DNA of 20,000 bases from an uncultured virus (IMG/VR IMGVR_UViG_3300006217_003352) (Duplodnaviria > Heunggongvirae > Uroviricota > Caudoviricetes): the IMG/VR virus record IMGVR_UViG_3300006217_003352; one strand, written 5' to 3'. The notes under the pieces were generated by a model that worked only from the letters and a program-made list of their open reading frames with translations, searched no databases and was not told the origin of the DNA. A program made the position numbers and the translations under genes. The first letter of the stretch is position 1; each line of letters opens with the position of its first letter. Shown here one piece after another: positions 1-8,130 of the stretch.

Positions 1-154
1 AACCCAAATTAAACCGAATGTACATCGGAAAGCAAGGAAAATTACCGAAGTTCCGAAGATTATAAGAAAGCCACCGAAAGCAATCTGTAATTACGGAAGT
101 GTAAGCGTAAGCAACTTTTAATGGAAATCTTACGCTCTTGTAACGACAAAAATC

Positions 155-192
155 ATAGGAAAGTGCGTGCGATTTTGCATATACTTTCCTAT
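155..192. repeat. Long inverted repeat/hairpin (ATAGGAAAGT...ACTTTCCTAT) in the non-coding region downstream of the portal
   Basis: Perfect 10-bp arms at 155-164 and 183-192, extendable inward with G-U pairs on the + strand; followed by TGTTTTCT, so it could be a terminator for a + strand transcript. Confidence 0.55.
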
Positions 193-340
193 TGTTTTCT
201 ATACTTTTATTTCCTATACTATACTTTATGTACTTCTGCCCCAGATAAACGAGTTAAAGCGAATATCTGTGACAGAAATAACGATAAAGCGGAATTATTG
301 CCGCAGAAATGGCGATTTTCGCCGTTGCCGCGACGTTGCG

Positions 341-2200
341 TTATTGCGAGTTGATGCCGCGAGTTTGAAGCGTGTCGATAAGCCTTTCGAGCGCGAATTT
401 GAAAGGAACGTACAAATCTTCGTTTAGAAGTTCTGATACGCTCTGGAAGCGATTGTTGCGCATCTCTTGGGTATTTGTATGCGGAACGCCGTTGAAGTCC
501 GTAGACAGGAATAAGAACGACTTGCCGTACTCTTCGGGCAGGTTATCAAGCATACCTATCGGGATTAGGTCGTTGAGCGTGATCCCAAACTCTTCTTCCG
601 TTTCACGCCGCGCTGCGCGTTCGGCATCTTCCCACGTTTCGATATGCCCGCCGGGACTGCCGACCTGATTATTGTCGTCGCGGTTCCCGACGAGTATCTT
701 TCCATTCTTGACTACGATTACTCCTACGCCCGTTGCGCCGTCGTATAGAGTATCTGCATTATCGGTCTTTCCGAGTTGTGCAAGGATGTTCCCGAACGGT
801 TCTTCGCGTTGCGGTAATTCTTCGTCTTCAATACCAAACTTGCCTTCTTCCTTCAAGCGTTTACGCTCTTCGGCAGGGTCAAGAACGCCCATATCAATGT
901 AGAGTTGAGCGGTCTGCGCCCGAACCAAATCCGCCTGCGCGTTGGTCTGTTCAATCGTGGCGCGCTCGCTTTCTTTCTCGTTCCATAACGGCTCAAATTC
1001 GAGTTCGTAATCGGGCTTCCCTTTTATCTCGCCCGTATTGATACCTATCGTTATGATTGCGTCGATGAGCGAACACAGATTGTCTTTGACCTGCGACTCA
1101 CGGATTTTGTCTACGAAGCTGTAATAGTTTTCCATATCGCTCTCGCCCGTCGAGTTCATACCTGCAGGCGAGCGACCGAACAGTTTTGTCTGCGGAATTT
1201 CCGTAAGCGCCGACAGCATATTGCAGGCGGAATCTATGACTTCCTTAACTCCCGTAAGGGACGTGCTTTTGAAATCGTAATCTTCGCCGTCGTTGTCGAT
1301 CGCTATGGAATTGAGAATACCCCGCGCCATATCAATTATTTGCAGACGTTTGAGCGCTTGCTCTTCGCCTTCGTCGGTAGCCAGCAGTTGCGCAAGGTTC
1401 TTCATCTTGTATACCGCCTGTACGCTACGTTCGAGTAATTTAACCGCGTCGCCGTGAGACGTTATCGTTTCGCGCAGGGCGCGTTTGATACGGTTATATT
1501 CTGGAACACCCCAGAACCTGTAATCCGTTGTGCTTGCCTTTTCGGGCATCTTCCCATTGCGGTACAGAAGGCATCTGCTTTCGTGTACGCGGAACGAACC
1601 GTAAATGCTGAACACGTTGTAGTATTCAGGCATACGGAACTTTGAGCGTTGCGCAACTCCCGATACGCCGATTCCCCTGTACATCGAATGATAATCAGGC
1701 GTTACAACGGAGCGGTCATACACGACGATTTCATCAATTCTCCTTGCCGCCGTCCAGTTTACTGGTTGTGACAAATCGTTGATGCCATCGTCGATAATCA
1801 TAACTGCAAGGGCGCCGCCGTACAGTCTGGACCATTTCAGGCTTTCTTCCGCCGTCGTAAAGTATTTCAACTTCCTGACCTTTTTCTGGATGTACTCTTC
1901 TACCGCGTTATCTGCGATGTTCAGATGATACCCTTTCTTGACCGCTTCCTGCGCGGGAATGTCGATTATCTTTGCAAATAAGCCGTTCGTTTCGTAATGG
2001 CTCGTCAATACCGTATCAGGCGTTAAGTTTTCCGCACTATAACGATAGGCTTCCGAGTTGTCCTGCCCTGTTCCGTACTTGTTCAGCAAATTAACATAAC
2101 CGTCTGCACGGAATGGCTTACGTTCTGCAGGCTGCGTGATCTGCTCGTTATTACGTTTGAGCTGTTCTAACTTTGCCTTGTTTTCGTCCGTTAAATGCAC
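341..2200 (-). CDS. Phage portal protein (DUF1073-like) with C-terminal Nudix hydrolase domain
   Basis: GTG start with AGGAGG RBS; lies immediately after TerL; DUF1073-type segments (WSRLYGG, IPQTKLFGRSPAGMNSTGESD, FEPLW); the last ~130 aa contain a complete Nudix box GGHIETWEDAERAARRETEEEFGI (nt ~581-652). Confidence 0.88.
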   Translation of the reverse strand: MHLTDENKAKLEQLKRNNEQITQPAERKPFRADGYVNLLNKYGTGQDNSEAYRYSAENLTPDTVLTSHYETNGLFAKIIDIPAQEAVKKGYHLNIADNAVEEYIQKKVRKLKYFTTAEESLKWSRLYGGALAVMIIDDGINDLSQPVNWTAARRIDEIVVYDRSVVTPDYHSMYRGIGVSGVAQRSKFRMPEYYNVFSIYGSFRVHESRCLLYRNGKMPEKASTTDYRFWGVPEYNRIKRALRETITSHGDAVKLLERSVQAVYKMKNLAQLLATDEGEEQALKRLQIIDMARGILNSIAIDNDGEDYDFKSTSLTGVKEVIDSACNMLSALTEIPQTKLFGRSPAGMNSTGESDMENYYSFVDKIRESQVKDNLCSLIDAIITIGINTGEIKGKPDYELEFEPLWNEKESERATIEQTNAQADLVRAQTAQLYIDMGVLDPAEERKRLKEEGKFGIEDEELPQREEPFGNILAQLGKTDNADTLYDGATGVGVIVVKNGKILVGNRDDNNQVGSPGGHIETWEDAERAARRETEEEFGITLNDLIPIGMLDNLPEEYGKSFLFLSTDFNGVPHTNTQEMRNNRFQSVSELLNEDLYVPFKFALERLIDTLQTRGINSQ

Positions 2201-2221
2201 GGCTTTTACCTCCTTGTCGAA

Positions 2222-3649
2222 TTAAGATATTAACGCCCCAATATTGAAGACGTTTCCGTTGAAATAGATATTTGCTTGCGTGGTCGAGTCTACTTGGTCG
2301 TCGTGTGCGCCGTTCGGGAACACCGCAAACTCTTCCACATAATCGTGTACCCACGCCGCAATGGACGGGTCTGGTATATACAGATTGCCCGCTTCTGCAA
2401 GCGGTGTAACCGCCGTAGCACGAACAACCTTACCGCCTTCGGGTTCAACAGGAACAAGCCCGCTGATTTCCTTTTTGAGTACGTTGATGACCGCAGGACC
2501 GTTTGCTTTGTCTTCCACGAGTTTTGCTATTGCCTGCGGCCATTTTGCCGTAAGGGACTTGATAGCTGCAAGCGTTTCCGTGAAACTCATTTGACCGCGT
2601 ACTTGGTCGAGCAAATAACGGTCTGCACCGATTTTGCCCCAAACCTGACCGACAACGTAGTCCGATTCTTTCTTGTCTTTGAACGTGCAGTCCCACGACT
2701 GTATAACTTGGTCGAACTTCTTGGGCAGAACCTTGTAGTATTTCCACCAACCGCGACGGAACATTCCGCCTTCGCTCGGAGATGGCGTTTGCATATACAG
2801 GGATGCCCACGCATAACTGCCGACCGCCTTTTTCGTTTCTTCCGCCCACTTTTCGTCATAACCGCCTGCGGGCCATAATGCCTGCCCGTGCTTACGATTA
2901 AGCAAGTCGTGATCTTCGTCGTCGCAAATTGCCGGGAGCGAAAGTATTTTCCAATCTTCGGGTTCTCCGTTTTCTGGATTGAGCAACCACCCCGCTAAAT
3001 CGTTTTCGTGCCATCTGGTAAGAATGATAATGATTGCGCCGCCTGAATGTAGACGGGTACGAATATCGGACTGATATGCTTCTATTGCACGTTTGCGGAA
3101 TGTTTCTGATTCCGCTTCTGCTCTGTTCTTGATAGGGTCATCTATAAGCAGCAGGTCTGCGCCTTTACCTGTTATAACACCGCCGATACCGGCAGAAATC
3201 ATACCGCCGTCATAGCCTTGCAGATTCCAGTTGGTCTTTGTGGCTTGCGACATAGACAGGTTGATTCCGAACAATTTTTGTCCGAACTCAAATACTTTTG
3301 ACCTGTTCGCTTCGCCAAATTCTTTTGCAAGTTCGTCGCCGTAGGAAACCTCAATGACGCGCTTGTTCGGGTTCTTCCCCAGATAGTACGACGGAAACGT
3401 CTTTGTAACCGTCATAGACTTACCGTGTCGGGGCGGCATAAAAATCATAAGCCGTTTCGTTTCCCCTGTTAAAACCTTTTCAAGTTCGTCACAGACGAGA
3501 TTTAAGTGGTCGGCTCTTTGCCACCTGCCGTGATGTACTAACTCAACGTAATTTGCGTAATGCCTTCTGGCGAGTTCGTACTTCGCAGCTTCGCCGGCTG
3601 CCATAAGGTAATTCTTCGAGAACTTGCCGTTAGTCGTCGCTATCGCCAT
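2222..3649 (-). CDS. terL: Terminase large subunit
   Basis: Walker A (MPPRHGKS), Walker B (LLLIDDP), coupling motif (LTRWH), C-terminal RNase H-like nuclease (QSWD...HDDQVD). The start is uncertain; ATG at 3649 was chosen because it overlaps the terS stop. Confidence 0.93.
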   Translation of the reverse strand: MAIATTNGKFSKNYLMAAGEAAKYELARRHYANYVELVHHGRWQRADHLNLVCDELEKVLTGETKRLMIFMPPRHGKSMTVTKTFPSYYLGKNPNKRVIEVSYGDELAKEFGEANRSKVFEFGQKLFGINLSMSQATKTNWNLQGYDGGMISAGIGGVITGKGADLLLIDDPIKNRAEAESETFRKRAIEAYQSDIRTRLHSGGAIIIILTRWHENDLAGWLLNPENGEPEDWKILSLPAICDDEDHDLLNRKHGQALWPAGGYDEKWAEETKKAVGSYAWASLYMQTPSPSEGGMFRRGWWKYYKVLPKKFDQVIQSWDCTFKDKKESDYVVGQVWGKIGADRYLLDQVRGQMSFTETLAAIKSLTAKWPQAIAKLVEDKANGPAVINVLKKEISGLVPVEPEGGKVVRATAVTPLAEAGNLYIPDPSIAAWVHDYVEEFAVFPNGAHDDQVDSTTQANIYFNGNVFNIGALIS

Positions 3650-4133
3650 TATGCTCAACCGCATACGCGGCGAGTGCTTGCAATTCTTCTTCCGATAATT
3701 TGCTTAAATCGACATTGCCGACATTCCCAGACAGTTCAATCTTCTGGGTTTGCGCCCACTCTCCTGTATGCTTACAGCGATTGTTGAGCCAGTACATAAT
3801 CGCCATTGTGTCCGGTGGAACGTGCTTCGCGCTTTCTTTAACTTTGACGGGTCTAACATTTCCGTCTTTGTCCGTTTCCACCAGCGTTTCCTTTTCCTTA
3901 ACGTCATAGCCGAGCGCCCGCTTATAAAGAGATTTCTCTATCTTCGCGTCTGCCGCTTCTTTCCCTACTGTTAGCGCCTGTAAGAACGACGGGTATTCTT
4001 GCTTCCACCTGTGGAGCGTCCTGACAGATATTCCAAAGGCTTCCGCAATCTCATCATCAATCGCACCCTTCGATGCAAGCGACCACGCCCAATCGTCGTG
4101 ATATTCGGGATTATATTTCGGGGTCGGGGGCAT
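3630..4133 (-). CDS. terS: Terminase small subunit (N-terminal HTH)
   Basis: HTH (DDEIAEAFGISVRTLHRWK), SLYKRALGY and PPDTMAIMYWLNNR motifs typical of TerS; directly upstream of TerL; GGAGG RBS. Confidence 0.85.
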   Translation of the reverse strand: MPPTPKYNPEYHDDWAWSLASKGAIDDEIAEAFGISVRTLHRWKQEYPSFLQALTVGKEAADAKIEKSLYKRALGYDVKEKETLVETDKDGNVRPVKVKESAKHVPPDTMAIMYWLNNRCKHTGEWAQTQKIELSGNVGNVDLSKLSEEELQALAAYAVEHNGDSDD

Positions 4134-4134
4134 A

Positions 4135-5070
4135 TCAGTTACCTCCTAAATAATCTGCCGCCCAAAGTTCAATGGCTTTCCATTTGCTTTTGGCGTTTAC
4201 ATCGCCGCTTTCAATCATTTTCTTAATTGCCATCGTGATGATTTCCGCCGCTTCTTTGGGGATTGCGCTGCTTCCGAGAACGGACGTGATCTGTACCCAT
4301 TCCTGCTTATCGTCGAATTGCAAATCGTCGAACAGTTGCTCTGTTCCTTTAATCATAGCGTGAATAGCCGCGCCCGTGTTCTTGACGTTTGCGAACTCCT
4401 GATATTTTGCAAGAGCGTCGATAAAAGGCTTATGCTGTTCTATATCGCAAGCGCCGATAAAATCAGGTTGCTGTGAGCGTAATGCTTCGACAAGTTTATC
4501 AAGGTCTTTGACTTGATGCGGCAGGAACGTAAATACAATATTCTTCCAATCGTACTCGACTGTCGGGGACAGAAGTTTTTCGAGTTCTGCAAGGGGTTCG
4601 CCCAAGATGTCCTTTCCGATGTAACTTTCCAGCATATCGTCAACGTCGTCTATCAGTTTAACGATTTCTTTCAGCGTGGACTGGTCGTCGAAGCCGCTAA
4701 TGGCGTTATGCGCAAGTTGCTTTGCCGCAATCTGTGAGCGTGTCAACCCCGTAACATCGAGTATCACGTAGATTTCGTTTATAACGCCCGAATCCTTTGC
4801 GGACCGGATTCTGTGATGTCCCGATATGATTTCGATTTTGCCGTCAACGAGAGCGCAGAAAGGCAGGCTTTCAAGTTGCCCGCGTTTGCGGATGTTGTCT
4901 GTAAGCTGCTTCTGCATCTCGTTCTTCATTATTCGAGCATTGATGTCCTGCTCGCGCAGCGAAGTAAGCGGAACTTTGGCTATAATCAAGCCGTGTCCGA
5001 GTTCAAGCATCTGTTCATAGGAAACAGTCTTTACTTCTGCGCTTTGGTTTTCTGTCGTTCCGTTTGCCAT
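4135..5070 (-). CDS. ParB/sulfiredoxin-like N-terminal domain protein
   Basis: ParB-N motifs NARIM...IISGHHRIRSA...AHNAISGFDD; ATG at 5070 has an AGGAGGAG RBS (the track's 5091 start is less likely). Confidence 0.8.
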   Translation of the reverse strand: MANGTTENQSAEVKTVSYEQMLELGHGLIIAKVPLTSLREQDINARIMKNEMQKQLTDNIRKRGQLESLPFCALVDGKIEIISGHHRIRSAKDSGVINEIYVILDVTGLTRSQIAAKQLAHNAISGFDDQSTLKEIVKLIDDVDDMLESYIGKDILGEPLAELEKLLSPTVEYDWKNIVFTFLPHQVKDLDKLVEALRSQQPDFIGACDIEQHKPFIDALAKYQEFANVKNTGAAIHAMIKGTEQLFDDLQFDDKQEWVQITSVLGSSAIPKEAAEIITMAIKKMIESGDVNAKSKWKAIELWAADYLGGN

Positions 5071-6464
5071 CTCTCCTCCTTCAAGAGCCATTCTTCAAGC
5101 GTTTGCCGCTCGTTACGGTCTTTTAAGTCCGACTCGTATGTGAGTTTGAACCCATACTTCTTGTCGGGAACTTTCTTTGTCAGTTTCATAACCCCGCGCA
5201 TTTCCTTTGCTTCGGGGTATTTTGTCATCTGCACCGTTTTAAGGTGGTGCGCCTTCTCGCGTTCAATGTCGTTGCATTGACTGTAAATAAACGGCTTATT
5301 CTGCGCAAGCATCGTTAAGAGCCTGCCCAGTCTGTACTTCTTATGCGGAACAGTCATTCCATACATAAGGAATACCGCGTCGCTTACCTGTGTACCAAAC
5401 GCGCCCATAGTGAGCGCAGCTTTGTCGATTCCGAATACTCCCGCAATCATCTTGTCGATGAACACGGCAGTGTTAATCTGCGCCGCAGACCCGACAAAAT
5501 TGTGCGTCCATAACTGCCGATAGTATTGAGCGTTTGCCCTATCGATCGTCTGTAATGCAATTTCGCTGTCTTTCGTGATAACGTAATCTCGCGGAAGCAT
5601 TGAACATTCAAGCGGTTCAAGCCGACTTTCGTTCGGGCGCGTAATTTTCTTTCCGTGAGCCAAAGCGGTGGCTTCTTCTGGTCTGTTCGACGTGATGTAC
5701 ACGTTAACGCCTTCACGCACTCCGTATCTGGCGAAAATGGGACTTCCCGCCGTTTGATACGGCGCGTTCTCTTCATAGCAAATTAAAAGGGCTTTCGCGT
5801 CTTTGCACTTTTCGTACAAATCGTGAAGCCCTGTCTTTACGTCAAAGATACCGTACTTCGGTTCTTTCCAAGTCATCTTACCGCCCGTGTCATACCACTT
5901 TTCAAATCCTGCCGTATACGTGGGCGGATTTGCGATAATCAACGTGTGCGGATCGTCGATACACTCATCAAGATGTTCCCACATATCAAGCGCACGGTAA
6001 TTCATACCTTTGAGCGCCGAACGCGCCCTATCGAGTTGCTCATTCAATGATTTGATATGCTCGGTTCTACGATGCTGCAAATCGAGTAAGATATTGTAGA
6101 AGTAGTCTTTTCCCGCCTGCTTTGCGGTTCTCAATACGAGTTGAGCATAGAGCGCCGTCGCAGGGTCGCATAGTTCTTCGTCCGTAAATCCTTCCGCTTT
6201 GATTTCCAGTTCTTCGAGCGTCTTTCCCATAATAGCGTAACCCATTATGCTCGTGAACATAGAAACGTCGCTTGCTTCTATCTGCGAACCCGAATAACCA
6301 ACCTGCGCTGCAAGGTGCGACATAGCAAATGCGCCGGCGCAAGGCTCTACTACTTTTGAATAACCGCTCTTCTTTGCGTTTTCGAGTAACGGTTTGAGAA
6401 ACTTTTGCTCCTGCGCTACGAGCGTTCCCAGAAACAATGCGCCGGGGTTTTGAAATCGCGCCAT
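5031..6464 (-). CDS. Putative N6-adenine (Dam-like) DNA methyltransferase fused to a GNAT-like C-terminal domain
   Basis: SAM-binding motif I VVEPCAGAF, motif II IEASDVS, catalytic motif IV variant IIANPPTY; the C-terminal ~170 aa has a GNAT-like pattern (VFIDKMIAGVFG...VPHKKYRLGRLL). GGAGG RBS. Confidence 0.7.
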   Translation of the reverse strand: MARFQNPGALFLGTLVAQEQKFLKPLLENAKKSGYSKVVEPCAGAFAMSHLAAQVGYSGSQIEASDVSMFTSIMGYAIMGKTLEELEIKAEGFTDEELCDPATALYAQLVLRTAKQAGKDYFYNILLDLQHRRTEHIKSLNEQLDRARSALKGMNYRALDMWEHLDECIDDPHTLIIANPPTYTAGFEKWYDTGGKMTWKEPKYGIFDVKTGLHDLYEKCKDAKALLICYEENAPYQTAGSPIFARYGVREGVNVYITSNRPEEATALAHGKKITRPNESRLEPLECSMLPRDYVITKDSEIALQTIDRANAQYYRQLWTHNFVGSAAQINTAVFIDKMIAGVFGIDKAALTMGAFGTQVSDAVFLMYGMTVPHKKYRLGRLLTMLAQNKPFIYSQCNDIEREKAHHLKTVQMTKYPEAKEMRGVMKLTKKVPDKKYGFKLTYESDLKDRNERQTLEEWLLKEERWQTERQKTKAQK

Positions 6465-6483
6465 CTATAAGCCCTCCTGTAAC

Positions 6484-6512
6484 TTGTTAGTTTCGCCTGT
6501 AATTGATATAAT
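6484..6512 (+). promoter_or_regulatory. Sigma70-type promoter of the nuclease moron
   Basis: TTGTTA (6484-6489), 17-nt spacer, TATAAT (6507-6512) with extended -10 TG; AAGGAG RBS at 6533-6538. Confidence 0.7.
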
Positions 6513-6547
6513 ATTAACTACGATAAATAAATAAGGAGACATCGTTT

Positions 6548-7156
6548 ATGCAAGTTTTAACAGGCAATGAGCATCTGAAATTTGACGGTATGCCTATCAA
6601 TAGGTTACTGTCTGACTTCTGGAAATGGAACTCTTCAGATTTGCTCAATAACACAATGCGCGGCGCATTTGCGGAGTTCATTATCGCAACCGCGCTCGAC
6701 CTTGACTTAACCACCACTCACGTGGACTGGGAGTCGTATGACCTTCTATGGGAAGATAAGAAAATCGAAGTCAAATGCTCCGCCTATCTTCAATCGTGGT
6801 ACCCCAAAAATCAACCCGACAAGTATTCAAAAATCATCTTCTCGATCTCGCCGGCGTATGACTGGATTCCAGACGAAGCGCGGTATGATTACGACAATCA
6901 CAAACGCCATTCAAACGTCTATGTATTCTGCCATTACAAAAGCAAGGAACGCGCCCCAGAAAATCCGCTCAATCTGAATAACTGGGACTTTTACGTTCTT
7001 GCTACCTACAAAATTGATGCCATCTTTGGTATGCAACGCAGTATCTCTCTATCTGGTCTGATAAATCGCGGCAAGCCTACCAAATGCGATTATGCAGGCA
7101 TACGCGACGCTATCGAGAAAGAATATCAAGACTACTTACATCACGAACAACAATAA
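6548..7156 (+). CDS. Putative PD-(D/E)XK restriction-like endonuclease (copy A, catalytic motifs intact)
   Basis: RGAFAEF (motif I Glu), SYDL (motif II Asp), IEVK (motif III); has its own promoter, RBS and terminator; antisense to the surrounding operon. Confidence 0.7.
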   Translation: MQVLTGNEHLKFDGMPINRLLSDFWKWNSSDLLNNTMRGAFAEFIIATALDLDLTTTHVDWESYDLLWEDKKIEVKCSAYLQSWYPKNQPDKYSKIIFSISPAYDWIPDEARYDYDNHKRHSNVYVFCHYKSKERAPENPLNLNNWDFYVLATYKIDAIFGMQRSISLSGLINRGKPTKCDYAGIRDAIEKEYQDYLHHEQQ

Positions 7157-7160
7157 GAAA

Positions 7161-7190
7161 AGAAGCGGCTACTTAATCGTAGTCGCTTCT
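7161..7190. terminator. Probable bidirectional intrinsic terminator
   Basis: AGAAGCGGCTAC-TTAATC-GTAGTCGCTTCT 12-bp stem between the convergent nuclease gene and the tRNA; U-rich tail on the - strand. Confidence 0.7.
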
Positions 7191-7225
7191 ACACTTTATT
7201 GTCGGTCTTACAATGAAGACCTATT

Positions 7226-7301
7226 TGGTCCGCCCAGAGGGACTCGAACACCCCAACCCGCAGATTAAGAGTCTGCTGCTCTACCGTTGAGCTATAGGCG
7301 G
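7226..7301 (-). tRNA. tRNA-Lys (anticodon CUU), CCA encoded, irregular T-stem
   Basis: Reverse complement folds as CCGCCTA/TGGGCGG acceptor, GCTC/GAGC D-stem, GCAGA-CT-CTT-AA-TCTGC anticodon arm, TTCGAGT T-loop, discriminator A and CCA; 76 nt. Confidence 0.92.
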
Positions 7302-7748
7302 CTATAATAAGTCGAACAACGTCATTTGCTTTTGCTGTGCTTCTGGCTTTTTGCCCGACTTACACGTTGAACTGTCTTGCAATTCAGGTATCGCCATTCC
7401 CGTGCGAGCCTGCCACCATTCAGCAAATACCAAGCGATGACACCACTCGTCGGGGATTCTGACATCTTCGTAACAACACAGAACAATGTCTTTGTTAAAT
7501 GACAGATACGGTCGCAGAAGGCTTTTCGCCCGTTCAATGCCCACTCTGTCAAGATGTGCAAAGAACTTTGGAGTGAATACCGCCCTATCGTTCTCACTGA
7601 ACAAATAACCGGGCGGCGCGAACTCTATGATGTTTCCGCTTAACTTGTACTTTAACGGAAATCTGGGCGCGCCCCTTGTTATGCCCACAACCGTGTAATT
7701 GCCCGATTGCAATTCGGGGTTTTGGTAACGACTGGTAAATATCTTCAT
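7302..7748 (-). CDS. DUF488-like protein
   Basis: MKIFTSRY start (ATGA overlap with the upstream ORF); IVLCCYE...WCHR motif characteristic of DUF488-type proteins. Confidence 0.7.
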   Translation of the reverse strand: MKIFTSRYQNPELQSGNYTVVGITRGAPRFPLKYKLSGNIIEFAPPGYLFSENDRAVFTPKFFAHLDRVGIERAKSLLRPYLSFNKDIVLCCYEDVRIPDEWCHRLVFAEWWQARTGMAIPELQDSSTCKSGKKPEAQQKQMTLFDLL

Positions 7749-7981
7749 ACCGCCATCCGTAACACCGCACTCTGCAATACCGCAATACCTTTTTTGATAG
7801 CAGCGTCGGTGTCCTTTCCCAACTGTCTGTAAAATGACCCGTGAACCATACACTCGTATGCCAACTGCATATCGTTTGCTTCTTGACGGGTAATCCCGAT
7901 TTTGAAGTCTTTTGCGATACGCAACGCTGCCTTGTGATTTCCCGATAAAAACATTTGCTTTACGATTTCTGTCTTTGTCAT
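7745..7981 (-). CDS. Hypothetical phage protein (78 aa)
   Basis: Purine-rich RBS-like AAGGGG, promoter just upstream, stop overlapping the DUF488 start. Confidence 0.7.
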   Translation of the reverse strand: MTKTEIVKQMFLSGNHKAALRIAKDFKIGITRQEANDMQLAYECMVHGSFYRQLGKDTDAAIKKGIAVLQSAVLRMAV

Positions 7982-8011
7982 TTTAGGTAGCCCCTTGTTT
8001 TTCTTATCTTC

Positions 8012-8040
8012 ATTCTAACACAGGTACTACCGAATAGCAA
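8012..8040 (-). promoter_or_regulatory. Sigma70-type promoter (proximal)
   Basis: TTGCTA (8040-8035), 17 nt, TAGAAT (8017-8012) with extended -10 TG. Confidence 0.55.
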
Positions 8041-8130
8041 ACGGATTTCGTGTATTTTTGCAAAATATTTTTGCAATAAACGATTTTATTTACCGCCTTT
8101 TTTCGGGGTGACATAACATTCAACGCTATC

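Noticed and set aside
121..427. + strand ORFs 121..354 and 167..427 as genes
   Set aside because: No RBS, low-complexity Y/F/I composition arising from an AT-rich tract, and overlap with the portal end.
4135..5070. ParABS plasmid-prophage partition system
   Set aside because: No ParA ATPase or parS array; an integrase is present, and the context points to a modification or packaging role.
7226..7301. tRNA as the prophage attachment site
   Set aside because: It lies mid-genome between phage genes, no duplicated 3' fragment is visible, and the integrase is a serine recombinase located 11 kb away.
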